A stretch of 39,336 nucleotides of DNA from an uncultured Chloroflexia bacterium (GTDB taxonomy: Bacteria > Chloroflexota > Limnocylindria > Limnocylindrales > CSP1-4): the NCBI GenBank assembly GCA_963720755.1, contig CAVRGP010000005.1, positions 1 to 39,336 of the forward strand, in the 5' to 3' direction. The position numbers and the translations under genes are program-made. How positions within the stretch are numbered: position 1 is the stretch's first letter; each line of letters starts with the position of its first letter. Shown piece after piece: positions 9,421 to 18,452 of this stretch. Below the pieces are notes generated by a model. That model searched no databases. It saw nothing but the letters and a program-made list of their open reading frames with translations, and had not been told where the DNA came from.

Positions 9421-9579
9421 CGGGTGACTCGCCGCGACGTCGGAATGGTTAGCGGGACAAGTGGTCACGCCGGTCGAGGCCGATCGCGGATGAGATCTGA
9501 TCTGGTGCGGTCGAAGCCACAGACGGCCATGGTCGGCACGCCCCGCGGTTGCTGCCGGCTCCCGCTAGACTGACGCGCT

Positions 9580-10386
9580 ATGAGCCTGCCGCCGGATGTC
9601 GCCACCCCGGCAACGAGCGCGGAGATCGAGACCGAAGCCCGGCGCGTCATGGGCTCGATCCTCGACGCGGGTCTCCGGGTCCGCCTGATGGGTGGGATGG
9701 CCATCAGGATCGTGTCGCCGTCGGCCGCCCGCCCGCCGTATGAACGGCGCTACGGCGACTTCGACCTGGTCGCCCACGGAAAGGACGTCGCCGCGCTCCG
9801 ACGGCTGCTGGAGACGATGAGTTACGTCGGCGACAAGCTGTTCAACGCCATCCATGGGGCGCAGCGCCTCGTCTACCAGGCGCCCGGCGGGCGGTGGTCA
9901 GTCGACATCGTCATCGATCGGCTGGCCATGTCGCACACGATCGAACTCAGGGAGCGGCTTGCGACCGACGGACTCACCCTGGACTTGGCGGACCTGCTGC
10001 TGACCAAGCTCCAGATCTGGGAGACGAACAAGAAGGACCTCGGCGACGTGATCTGCGTGCTGGCGGATCACCCGCTCGAAGCGGTGGGGCGGCTCGCCAC
10101 CGGCCCGATGTCTGACGGCGGGCCGGCGGCGATCGACCTCACCCGACTCCGAGCCGTGCTCGGCTCCGACTGGGGCCTGTGCCACACGGTCGAGCGGAAC
10201 CTCCGTGCCGTCGCCGATCGGTGGGCCGAGCTGCCCGTCCCCGACGCGCCGTTCCCGGTCGACCGCCAAGTCGCGGCGCTCCTTGCCGACATCGAGGCTA
10301 CACCCAAGAGCCTCGGCTGGAAGGCCCGGGCGCGAGTCGGCGAGCGCGTGCGCTGGTACGAGACGCCCGAGGAACCCCGCCGCTAG
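9580..10386 (+). CDS. Uncharacterised Pol-beta-superfamily nucleotidyltransferase
   Basis: LMGGMAI...R.YGDFDL (GG plus DxD), a third Asp in SVDIV, and DLLLTKLQI...KDLGD. Confidence 0.75.
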   Translation: MSLPPDVATPATSAEIETEARRVMGSILDAGLRVRLMGGMAIRIVSPSAARPPYERRYGDFDLVAHGKDVAALRRLLETMSYVGDKLFNAIHGAQRLVYQAPGGRWSVDIVIDRLAMSHTIELRERLATDGLTLDLADLLLTKLQIWETNKKDLGDVICVLADHPLEAVGRLATGPMSDGGPAAIDLTRLRAVLGSDWGLCHTVERNLRAVADRWAELPVPDAPFPVDRQVAALLADIEATPKSLGWKARARVGERVRWYETPEEPRR

Positions 10387-10405
10387 GATCAGGCGCTGGC
10401 GGACG

Positions 10406-11329
10406 TCAGCCGACGCCGACTCGGTGCCGGACGAGTGCCGAGCGCCAGTAGTCGACCGAGGCCTCCAGCCCGTCGAGGACGGCCGCATCGTCCTCCTCGA
10501 ACGCGGGGATGACCTCGAGGATGAGGGCCGTCGCCTCGACCCCGCCCGCCTCGAGGGCGTCGAGGACCCGGTCCGCGTCGATCCGCCCGATGGCGTTGCG
10601 GTCGGCGGTGAACGGCCAATGATGATCGCCTTCGGCGTCACTCTGCTGGAGCTGGACCACCGGCGCCAGTGGACCGAGCTCGCGCAGCCAGCCGTAGGGA
10701 TCGCGATCAGGACCGGTCGTGCCCGGCACGCACATATGGCCGACATCCAGGCACAGGCGGATAGGCGTCCGCTCCGTCCCGTCCGCATCGCGGCCGCCCT
10801 CCTCGAGCAGCTCGCGGATCATGACCATCGTCGAGGGCTCCCTGGCCGCCGCCAGGTTCTCGACCATCAGGTAATCGAGGCCGGCGGCGGCGGCATGACG
10901 GGCCAGCTCGCCCAGCGCCGCTCGGAGCCCGGCCCATCGCGCGGCGCGTCTATCGGGTCGGGTCCAGTCCGTGACGCTGAACGCACCGACGTGCCCTCCC
11001 GTCGCGACCCCGCCGCTCGCGGCCGTCCAGTCGATAGCCCAGCGGTACCATGCCAGCGCCGCGGCCCGCCCTGCCGGGTCGGGCCCGAGCAGGAGATTGT
11101 CCGAGTATGCGGCGAGGCCGGTGAATGTCGAGTGGACGAGCACGCCGGCGGCTGCCGCTTCGCTGTGAAGTCGGGCGGCATCGTCCGAGCCTGAGCCGCT
11201 CGGGACCAGGTCGAACGAATGCTGGACGATCCCCAGCCCGAGGCGGTCGCGGACGATCGGGATCCAATCCGCGGCGAGCGGCCAGCGCTTGACCGCGAAG
11301 CAGGTGTTGATCCCGAGTCGGACGTCCAC
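10406..11329 (-). CDS. TIM-barrel sugar-phosphate epimerase, EryC (D-erythrulose-1-phosphate 3-epimerase)-like
   Basis: LGINT..VKRW, GLDYLMVE...RE, LDVGH, DPYGW, LQQS...HWPFT...GRI and ILE follow the EryC motif order as I recall it. Confidence 0.75.
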   Translation of the reverse strand: MDVRLGINTCFAVKRWPLAADWIPIVRDRLGLGIVQHSFDLVPSGSGSDDAARLHSEAAAAGVLVHSTFTGLAAYSDNLLLGPDPAGRAAALAWYRWAIDWTAASGGVATGGHVGAFSVTDWTRPDRRAARWAGLRAALGELARHAAAAGLDYLMVENLAAAREPSTMVMIRELLEEGGRDADGTERTPIRLCLDVGHMCVPGTTGPDRDPYGWLRELGPLAPVVQLQQSDAEGDHHWPFTADRNAIGRIDADRVLDALEAGGVEATALILEVIPAFEEDDAAVLDGLEASVDYWRSALVRHRVGVG

Positions 11330-11330
11330 G

Positions 11331-12845
11331 TCAACCTCGTCTTGTCACTGCGGATCTTGCAAGCTCGGCGTAGGCGGCACCTGCACCGGCGTAGGCATCC
11401 CGCACCGTAAGGTCCGGCTCGATGGCAGGCTCGACGCGGACGCAACGGGCGATCGCCTCGGCCGGGTGGCGATAGATGCCGGCGCCTAGGCCCGCCAGCA
11501 TCGCCACGCCCGTCACGGCAGCATCGCCCGGGATGGCTCGGACCGGGATCCCGATGACGTCCGCCTTGATCCGGTTCCAGGTTCGCAGCCGCACGTCGCC
11601 GCCCGACACGCGCAGCTCGGTCACGGGCGCTCCGCCACCGCGGAGCAGGTCGAGCTGTCCGTCGATCGCGAAGGCCACGCCCTCGAGCATGGCCCGAGCC
11701 AGGACCCCGCGATCGTGCCGGAGCGACAGTCCGCTGAAGGCGCCGCGCAGGTCGGGATCGGTCCGCTCGCCGTCACCGAGAACGGGGACGGCGACCACGC
11801 CGTTGGCGCCGGGCGGCACGGCGCCGGCTTCGGCGTCGAGGCGCGCGTAGTCGGCGGCGGTCGGACGGCCACGGCGACCGCCATAAAGGAGGCCGGCCAG
11901 CCAGGCGATGGCCGCGCCGGTCGTGTTGATGCCGGTCTCGGTCGTGAACGGCCCGGGGATCACGTGGGGGTAGTGGGTCACGGCCAGCACGTCCAACGGA
12001 GCGGCCAGCGCCGCGTTCAGGCACGTCGACGAACCGGCCATCTCACTCACCGGTCCGGATGCGACGACGCCGGCACCGAACGCGCACGTCTGGCTGTCGG
12101 CTCCGCCGAGGACGACCGGGATCCCGGCGGGCAGACCGACGCGCGACGCAATGGGTGTCCGCAGGCTGCCGATCGCGTCGGCCGACGAGCGGATGGGCGG
12201 CAGCAGCGACGGTTCCAAGCCCAGTTGCTCGATCAGCGCACGATCCCAGTCACCCATCCGCAGGTCGTACAGCAGGGTCGCGCCCGCGTGGGTCCCGTCC
12301 GTGGCGGCCTCGCCGGTGATGCGCAACGCGACGAGGTCGCGCGGCTGGAGGGCCAGCCGTGCCTTGGCGAACCTCGCCGGTTCGTGCCGTCGCAGCCAGA
12401 GGAGCTTGGGCGCCACGTGGAAGCTCGACGGCAGGTGCCCCGTCCGCCGATGGATCGCCGCGTCCCCAAACCGCTCGCGAAGCTCGGCCGCCTCGGCCGT
12501 CGCCCGGTTATCCCGGTAGATCAGCCCCATGGTGACGGGCCGTCCGCGCTCATCGACCAGGACGACCGATGGGCACTGCCCGGTCAGGCCGATCGCCCGA
12601 ACGTCTCCGGGCCGACCGACGCCTTCGGCGACGAGCCGCCGAACCAGGTCGGCCAGCGCACCGATCGACGCCGTCGCCCAGGCATCAGCGGACTGCTCCG
12701 CCCAGCCGGGACGCGGGGTCAAGGTTGGATAGTCCCGCCGCGCTTCGAGGAGGTGCCGTCCATCCAGATCGATCGCCGCGGCGCGAGCCCCGGACGTGCC
12801 GGCATCGATCGCGATCAGCAGACCGTCCCGCGGGGGGGTGGCCAC
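11331..12845 (-). CDS. FGGY-family carbohydrate kinase (xylulokinase-like)
   Basis: Motifs IDAGTSG, GLTGQ, RDNRA, PKLLWL, GGAD, RAMLEGVA and VSGG. Confidence 0.92.
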   Translation of the reverse strand: MATPPRDGLLIAIDAGTSGARAAAIDLDGRHLLEARRDYPTLTPRPGWAEQSADAWATASIGALADLVRRLVAEGVGRPGDVRAIGLTGQCPSVVLVDERGRPVTMGLIYRDNRATAEAAELRERFGDAAIHRRTGHLPSSFHVAPKLLWLRRHEPARFAKARLALQPRDLVALRITGEAATDGTHAGATLLYDLRMGDWDRALIEQLGLEPSLLPPIRSSADAIGSLRTPIASRVGLPAGIPVVLGGADSQTCAFGAGVVASGPVSEMAGSSTCLNAALAAPLDVLAVTHYPHVIPGPFTTETGINTTGAAIAWLAGLLYGGRRGRPTAADYARLDAEAGAVPPGANGVVAVPVLGDGERTDPDLRGAFSGLSLRHDRGVLARAMLEGVAFAIDGQLDLLRGGGAPVTELRVSGGDVRLRTWNRIKADVIGIPVRAIPGDAAVTGVAMLAGLGAGIYRHPAEAIARCVRVEPAIEPDLTVRDAYAGAGAAYAELARSAVTRRG

Positions 12846-12846
12846 G

Positions 12847-13800
12847 TCAGCCGCGGACGAGTTGGTGGGCCGCGACCTTGTCCTTGGCCAGCGTCACCAG
12901 GGCGCCGTTCAGCACGCCCGTCCCGTAGTCCGAGCCCGGATTGATGGCGATCGTCCGACCGATCCGCCGGATCCCTCCCAATTCATGGATGTGGCCGTGG
13001 AGCCCGAGCAGCGGCTGGACCGCGAGCAGAGCGTCGCGGACCGCGGTGCTGCCGACCGGCTCGAACCGGACCTGGCCGACGGCGGTCTGGACGGTGAGAT
13101 TCTCGTCGAGTGCCGGTGCTTCATCGAGGCCGCTGCCGTAGGGTGGAACGTGGACGTTGAGGATCGACCGTTCGGGTGCCTGCAGCATCGCCACCATGTC
13201 GCCGATCGCGGTCGCCAGTCCATCCTCGGTCATCTCCCGATGACTGTGCCACGGCGTGATGTTCGAGAACCCGAGCGAGATCATCTCGTGGTCGTCGTCG
13301 AGCATGACCACCCGCCCCTCGTCCTGGATACCCCAGGACGCCTGGTCGAGCAGCGACCGCAACTCGGCCGGATCGTCGTTGCCGAGCATGAAGAACAGAC
13401 GCTTGCCGGTCGGGCGCAGCCGTTGGTCCGCCAACTCGAGCCACTCGGTCAGGCGGGCCCGCATCAGCTCGACGAACAGCGCGTCGAGTGAGCCGTCGGC
13501 ACGGCGCGCGTCAAGCTCACCCGTCTCCGCCCGGTACGGGTAGTAGCCGTGGTCGGCGATCAGTTTTTCGAGCAATTCGAGATCGGGGCCGGCCTCGACG
13601 TCGTACGAGGTCCCGATGAAGGTGCAGCGAAACCGTCCGTCCTGGCCCCGCACGATCGTCTGGAGCGCCTTGCCCGCGACGTCGCCGCCGAGGATCAAGA
13701 CGTCCACCCCGTAGGCCGTCCCGGCGTTGACGAACTTCCGGAAGCACTTGCTCGATCCGTGGAGGTCGGTCGCGAAGTAGACCTTGGTCGGCCTGGCCAT
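12847..13800 (-). CDS. Calcineurin-like metallophosphoesterase (Icc-related)
   Basis: Motifs DLHG, GGD, GNDD, HVPP, HGHIHE and INPGS. Confidence 0.88.
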   Translation of the reverse strand: MARPTKVYFATDLHGSSKCFRKFVNAGTAYGVDVLILGGDVAGKALQTIVRGQDGRFRCTFIGTSYDVEAGPDLELLEKLIADHGYYPYRAETGELDARRADGSLDALFVELMRARLTEWLELADQRLRPTGKRLFFMLGNDDPAELRSLLDQASWGIQDEGRVVMLDDDHEMISLGFSNITPWHSHREMTEDGLATAIGDMVAMLQAPERSILNVHVPPYGSGLDEAPALDENLTVQTAVGQVRFEPVGSTAVRDALLAVQPLLGLHGHIHELGGIRRIGRTIAINPGSDYGTGVLNGALVTLAKDKVAAHQLVRG

Positions 13801-13804
13801 CGCG

Positions 13805-14623
13805 TCAGGCGCCGACGGCGCGAGACCGGACCGCCCGTGCGGCGTCCATCAACCGCATGGCGCGGTCCCGTTCGACCGGGTTCCAGGTCACCCCGTCGAC
13901 CTTCAGGCTCGTGCCCACGATGACGCCGTCGGCGACCGCGAAGATCTCCTCGATGCGATCGGCGCGGACCCCCGTGTTGGCGATGACCGGGGTCGATGGG
14001 ATCGCTTCCTTGGCCGTCCGCAGGTCGCTCATCGCGAACGGGACTCCGGCGGCCGGTCCGCTGATGAGGACGGCGTCCATGCCGAGGAAGGCAGCGCCCC
14101 TCGCTCGCTCCGCGATCCCGCGGCTGCCGATCGCGCTGGCGAACTCGGGCAGGATATTGTCGAACAGTGCCACGTCGCCGGCGCCGATCATGGTCCGATA
14201 GCCGGCGATATCGCCGATCCTCGGCTCGATCATCCCGAGATCGCTCTCGTAGACCCCGGTCAGGACCTCGCGGATGAAGGCGGCGCCGGTCGCTCGAGCC
14301 AGGGCCAGGCTGGCGATCGCGTCCCACAGGATATTGACCCCGAATGGCACCCGGATCTCGTTCGTGAGCATCCCGATCGTCGCCGCCATCGCGCTCGGGA
14401 TCTCCGGTCCCACGCGGAGCTGGTACGGGTAGTCCGCCTCGTTGCAGAAGAGGAACCCATCGACCCCGGCCTCCTGCAGGATATCGAGGTCCCGGGCAAG
14501 GCTGTCGAAGGCCTTCGCCCGCCCATTGGCCACGTCATGCAGCGGCCGACCCGGCAGGCCCGGGAAGTGGAGCATCGCGACGACCGGCTTGACGGTCCCG
14601 AAGATCCGCTCGAGTGCGTCCAT
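13805..14623 (-). CDS. BtpA/SgcQ-family TIM-barrel protein
   Basis: Motifs KPVVAMLH.P.LPG.P, NEADYPY, PFGVNIL, ANTGV and DGVIVGTSLK. GAGGAG spacing favours ATG 14623. Confidence 0.9.
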   Translation of the reverse strand: MDALERIFGTVKPVVAMLHFPGLPGRPLHDVANGRAKAFDSLARDLDILQEAGVDGFLFCNEADYPYQLRVGPEIPSAMAATIGMLTNEIRVPFGVNILWDAIASLALARATGAAFIREVLTGVYESDLGMIEPRIGDIAGYRTMIGAGDVALFDNILPEFASAIGSRGIAERARGAAFLGMDAVLISGPAAGVPFAMSDLRTAKEAIPSTPVIANTGVRADRIEEIFAVADGVIVGTSLKVDGVTWNPVERDRAMRLMDAARAVRSRAVGA

Positions 14624-14633
14624 GGGCATCTCC

Positions 14634-15488
14634 TCAGGGGGTCGTGCCGGCGTCGGCCGGCTTGGATGCGTTGTCGTCCGGCCCGGCGATCACGATCTCG
14701 ATGCCGGCGGCAGCCAGTGAAATGAGTTCGTCCTCGGGTGCCGATGCGTCGGTCACCAGCGTCCGGATCGAGGTCGTGTCGCCCACGACGGCATTCGCTG
14801 CCGCGCCGATCTTGGATCCGTCCGCGATGACCACGAGCCGAGCCGTCCGCCTGATGGCCAGGCGCTGGATCTCCGCCTCGCCCTCGTCCAGTTCGGTCAG
14901 GCCCCAGCGGGCGCTGAGACCGGCGCTGCCGACCACGGCCAGGTCGAACCGGAAGCGGCTCAGAGCGGCGGCCGCGACGGGGCCGACACAGGTCAGCTCG
15001 TCCCGGCGAACCTCCCCGCCGAGCGCGATCACTTCGACCGGCCGCGTGCCCAGAAGGCTCGCGGTCGGCAGCGACGCGGTGACCACGACGAGGCCGGGCT
15101 GGACCGGCAGGAAGCGTGCGAATTGCTCCGCGGTCGTACCGATGCCGACGAACACGAATCGGGCATCTCCCAGCAGGCGGGTCGCGCGCATCCCGATCCA
15201 TCGCTTCTCGCGGGTGTGCTGGAGGGCGCGCGCGTTGAACGCCACGTCGAGGGCACGGGTTAGATGCGCGGTGGCTCCACCGTACGTCTGCCGGACAAAG
15301 CCATCGCGCTCGAGCCGCCGGATGTCGCGACGGATCGTCATATCCGACACGTCGAACTCGCGCGCTAGATCGCCGACGTGGATTGTCTGCTCCTCCGCGA
15401 CTCGCTCCAGGATGCGATGCCGGCGGTCGACGGCGGCGAGGGGACGCGGCCGGGCGGCCGTCTCGGGCCGTCTCACAGCATCTGACAC
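14634..15488 (-). CDS. DeoR/GlpR-family transcriptional regulator
   Basis: HTH LAREFDVSDMTIRRDI plus a sugar-phosphate sensor domain (GIGTT, LGG, ADGSK). Confidence 0.92.
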   Translation of the reverse strand: MSDAVRRPETAARPRPLAAVDRRHRILERVAEEQTIHVGDLAREFDVSDMTIRRDIRRLERDGFVRQTYGGATAHLTRALDVAFNARALQHTREKRWIGMRATRLLGDARFVFVGIGTTAEQFARFLPVQPGLVVVTASLPTASLLGTRPVEVIALGGEVRRDELTCVGPVAAAALSRFRFDLAVVGSAGLSARWGLTELDEGEAEIQRLAIRRTARLVVIADGSKIGAAANAVVGDTTSIRTLVTDASAPEDELISLAAAGIEIVIAGPDDNASKPADAGTTP

Positions 15489-15516
15489 CTCACCCCCTGA
15501 AAAGTTACAAGAAGCG

Positions 15517-15573
15517 TTGACGGATGACGTTCGATTGTGTTCAACTATCGACGCGACAGGGTTGCCCTGTCAA
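15517..15573. promoter_or_regulatory. Divergent promoter/operator region of deoR operon and APC permease
   Basis: Minus-strand TTGACA (15568-15573)-N18-GATAGT; inverted repeat GACAGGG-TTG-CCCTGTC (15555-15571); direct repeat GTTCGATT/GTTCAACT spaced 10 bp apart (15529, 15539). Confidence 0.45.
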
Positions 15574-15615
15574 GCATTCTCGCAGCGCTGCGGTCGCGAC
15601 TGAGGAGGGACCACC

Positions 15616-17253
15616 TTGGCCAACCAGACGGAGGGTTCCGGAGGCAGTCAGCTGTTCGTACGCCAGAGTACCGGGCTGGTTCGGGAGGCCTCGGCGCTCG
15701 ACGCGACGATCTTCAACGCCGTGTTCTCGGCGCCAGTCGGGGCAACCCTGGCCATCGGGGTCCTGTGGTCGCTGTCCGCCTTCCCCGGCGCGGACCCCGT
15801 TTGGGCGACCCTCATCGCGGTCGTGCTCAACGTACCCGTCTTGATCATGATGGCGCTGCTCGCCTCGAGTATGCCGCGGACCGGCGGAGACTACGTCTGG
15901 GTGAGCCGCATCCTGACCCCGCCGGCGGCCATGGTCAGTAACTTCGCCGCTGCCCTGTCGGCGATGATCGGGGCGACTTTCTGGGCCAGGTTCTTCCCGG
16001 TGTTCGCTCTCGGCCCGATCCTGGTCTCCTTGGGCGTGCTGTTCAGCAACAACACGCTGATCGAGTGGGGGACCAACTTCCAGACCAAGAACGAGTGGGT
16101 CTTCGTCGGCGGGCTGGCGATGATCCTGCTGATGACCGCGATCCTGATCTCCGGCCTGAAGACCACGTTCCGCTGGCAGAACGCGTTCTGGATCATCGCC
16201 ATGGCGGGCACGTTCATCGCATTCGCGGCCCTGCTACTCGGCGACAGCAACAGCTTCACCTCGAACTTCGACACGCTCAACAAGTCGTTCGGGGGCGGGA
16301 CGACGAGCGACGTCATCGCGGCGGCGGGGGCGGCCAACGCGGCGCCCGACGCGGGCAACATCGATGCGACCGCGCCCACCGTGTTCGCGATCATGGTCTT
16401 CATGATGTGGAGTTGGTGGTCGGTATACCTGTCGGGTGAACTCAAGAGCGCATCGAATCGTGGTCGGCAGCTGTCGGTCATGTTCGGCGGGCTGCTGTGG
16501 GACGGCGTGTTCATCGTCCTGGGCCTGATCCTGTTCTTCAAGGTCGTCCCGTACAACCTGGCGACCGCCCTTAACACCTCGCCGAACGCGGCGTACGCGA
16601 TCCCGAGCGGACCGTGGTACCAGTTCCTCGCGTCGCTCGTCCAGAACATCCCGGCTCTGTCACTAGTCATCCTCGGGTCGTTCCTGTTCTGGAGCCTTCC
16701 GGCCATGGTCGGCAACACGTTCATGCCCATCCGGACGGTGTTCGCGTGGGCGTTCGACCGGGTGCTGCCCGAGAAGCTGGCCGACGTCAACGAGCGCACC
16801 CACTCGCCCGTGCCGGCGATCCTCCTGATCATGATCCTGGTGACCGGGATGCTCGCGTGGAGCGTCCTTTCGACGGATTTCTTCACCTGGCTGGCCCTGG
16901 GAGTCGAAGCGGGTGTGGTCTGCATCGTCATCGTCGGTGTTGCCGCACTGGCCTTCCCGAGCCGGCGTCCCGACCTGTACCAATCCTCGCCGGCCAACGT
17001 CCGGTTCCTGGGGATCCCGGTCCTCTACATCGTGGCGCCGCTGGCGATCCTGGTGATGCTGTTCCTGACCTGGTGCACGGTGACCTTTCCCGCGCTGGCG
17101 CTCGCCGGTGACTCGGGCAACCTGTGGCAGATCCCGGCGTTCATGGGGATGATCGTGGTCGTCGGCCTGGTCATCTTCTACGTGGCGAAGTTCATCCGTC
17201 GCCGCCAGGGCATCGACATCGACCTCGTCTACCGCGAACTGCCCCCGGAGTGA
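15616..17253 (+). CDS. APC-family (amino acid/polyamine/organocation) permease
   Basis: Motifs LFVRQSTGLVRE, MPRTGGDYVWVSR, SGELK, R..FAWAFDR.LP and YRELPPE; at least 12 TM segments. TTG start follows SD GAGGAGG. Confidence 0.92.
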   Translation: MANQTEGSGGSQLFVRQSTGLVREASALDATIFNAVFSAPVGATLAIGVLWSLSAFPGADPVWATLIAVVLNVPVLIMMALLASSMPRTGGDYVWVSRILTPPAAMVSNFAAALSAMIGATFWARFFPVFALGPILVSLGVLFSNNTLIEWGTNFQTKNEWVFVGGLAMILLMTAILISGLKTTFRWQNAFWIIAMAGTFIAFAALLLGDSNSFTSNFDTLNKSFGGGTTSDVIAAAGAANAAPDAGNIDATAPTVFAIMVFMMWSWWSVYLSGELKSASNRGRQLSVMFGGLLWDGVFIVLGLILFFKVVPYNLATALNTSPNAAYAIPSGPWYQFLASLVQNIPALSLVILGSFLFWSLPAMVGNTFMPIRTVFAWAFDRVLPEKLADVNERTHSPVPAILLIMILVTGMLAWSVLSTDFFTWLALGVEAGVVCIVIVGVAALAFPSRRPDLYQSSPANVRFLGIPVLYIVAPLAILVMLFLTWCTVTFPALALAGDSGNLWQIPAFMGMIVVVGLVIFYVAKFIRRRQGIDIDLVYRELPPE

Positions 17254-17545
17254 GGTCGGAAGGACTCGCGGTGCGCCGAGTGGTCGTCCCGTCAGGGCGT
17301 CGATCGAGGGTGTCTGGCCGTGGCGGAGCAGTATCGATCGACCCTGCTCGGCTTTGCATCCGACCACGCCGGCGACCACCGCCAGCGGCGGCGACATGAG
17401 CGCGGCGGCGTCGCCCGCCTCGGGTCGTCGGACTCGCGGTCTCGCGTCGTGTGGTGAGCCCGTCCGGACCGAGCCAGGCAGGAGTCGACGGAGGTGCCTC
17501 GACTGGACGCGTGACTGGGGCTCGAGCCGGGTCGTGCAGCAAGGT

Positions 17546-17580
17546 ATGGGCATCAGCGGACCTGACCGCGCTGTGCCCAT
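17546..17580. terminator. Stem-loop between convergent genes (possible terminator)
   Basis: ATGGGCA-T-CAG-CGG-ACCTGA-CCG-CG-CTG-TGCCCAT, 45 nt downstream of the 17626 stop. There is no U-tract. Confidence 0.3.
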
Positions 17581-17625
17581 GGTGGGTTCGCCCCAATCGG
17601 AGCCCCGGAATTCGGTGCCGGTGCG

Positions 17626-18411
17626 TTAAGAAGTGACGAACTCGATCGACTCGACGACCCGCGTCAGTTGGTCTCGGTCGGCCTGCGTCGCATCGGGACC
17701 ATACGTCGCATCGACGACCAGCCGTTGCCCGTTGACGTCCAGGACCCACAGCCGGTCAACCTGGCCGGCGACCTGCTGGTAGCGCCTACCGAAGCCGTTG
17801 CCCTCCCAGCTCACGAAGTCGTGTGAGCCGTTGGATGGCTCGACATCGCAGCCAGTAAAGTCTGCGTCCCCGGTCACGACCGCGTCGGGGGCGACCGACC
17901 ACTCGAGATAGCGGCCGCTGTATCCGCCGAGAGTCACATCGGTCGGATCGGTGGGATGGCGCGTCGGTTGGGCGATCAGGGCCGCGACGAGCGCGTCCAC
18001 GCCGGGGCCGGGATCAACCTCAGTCCCCGCCCAGTGGCACGGGTCCGCTGGGACAAGTCCGACGTCCCAGACGCTGACGCCGAGAGGCCCGGGCTCCTTG
18101 ACGACGAAGTAACCATCGTCTCTGACAACAGCGTGGCCATCGCTCACTGACCACCCGTCCGGTACAACGACCGTGATCTTCGGGTAGTCACCCGTTCCGA
18201 GGACCTTCAATTTGTGAATCGAGTTAGGCGTTTCGACCACGCCAGGCGTCGCCTCGACGATCGCGCTCGTCGAGGGGCTGGGCGCTGACGCCACCGCCTG
18301 TGCCGTTGAAGGCGGCGTCGAACTCGATCCGATCGCCCCAGAGCACGCGCTGGTCATCAGTGCGATAGCGATCCCGACGAACACGACGGAGCGGCGTTGG
18401 CCAAGGTGCAC
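17626..18411 (-). CDS. Putative lipoprotein, unknown function
   Basis: Signal peptide with lipobox MTSAC, a Ser/Pro/Thr linker, and a PsbP-like end (RLWVLDVNGQRLVV...VESIEF). GTG 18411 follows AAAGGGG. Confidence 0.7.
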   Translation of the reverse strand: MHLGQRRSVVFVGIAIALMTSACSGAIGSSSTPPSTAQAVASAPSPSTSAIVEATPGVVETPNSIHKLKVLGTGDYPKITVVVPDGWSVSDGHAVVRDDGYFVVKEPGPLGVSVWDVGLVPADPCHWAGTEVDPGPGVDALVAALIAQPTRHPTDPTDVTLGGYSGRYLEWSVAPDAVVTGDADFTGCDVEPSNGSHDFVSWEGNGFGRRYQQVAGQVDRLWVLDVNGQRLVVDATYGPDATQADRDQLTRVVESIEFVTS

Positions 18412-18452
18412 GTCAGTGGCCCCTTTCATGGGTTCGGGTGTTTGTGGCTGCA

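Noticed and set aside
7609-9468. 619-aa minus-strand ORF
   Set aside because: Antisense shadow of the flavodoxin and LLM genes; no motifs.
17254-17625. 370-bp gap with short ORFs, possible ncRNA
   Set aside because: The ORFs are Arg/Pro-rich noise. Only one hairpin was seen, with no known RNA family features.
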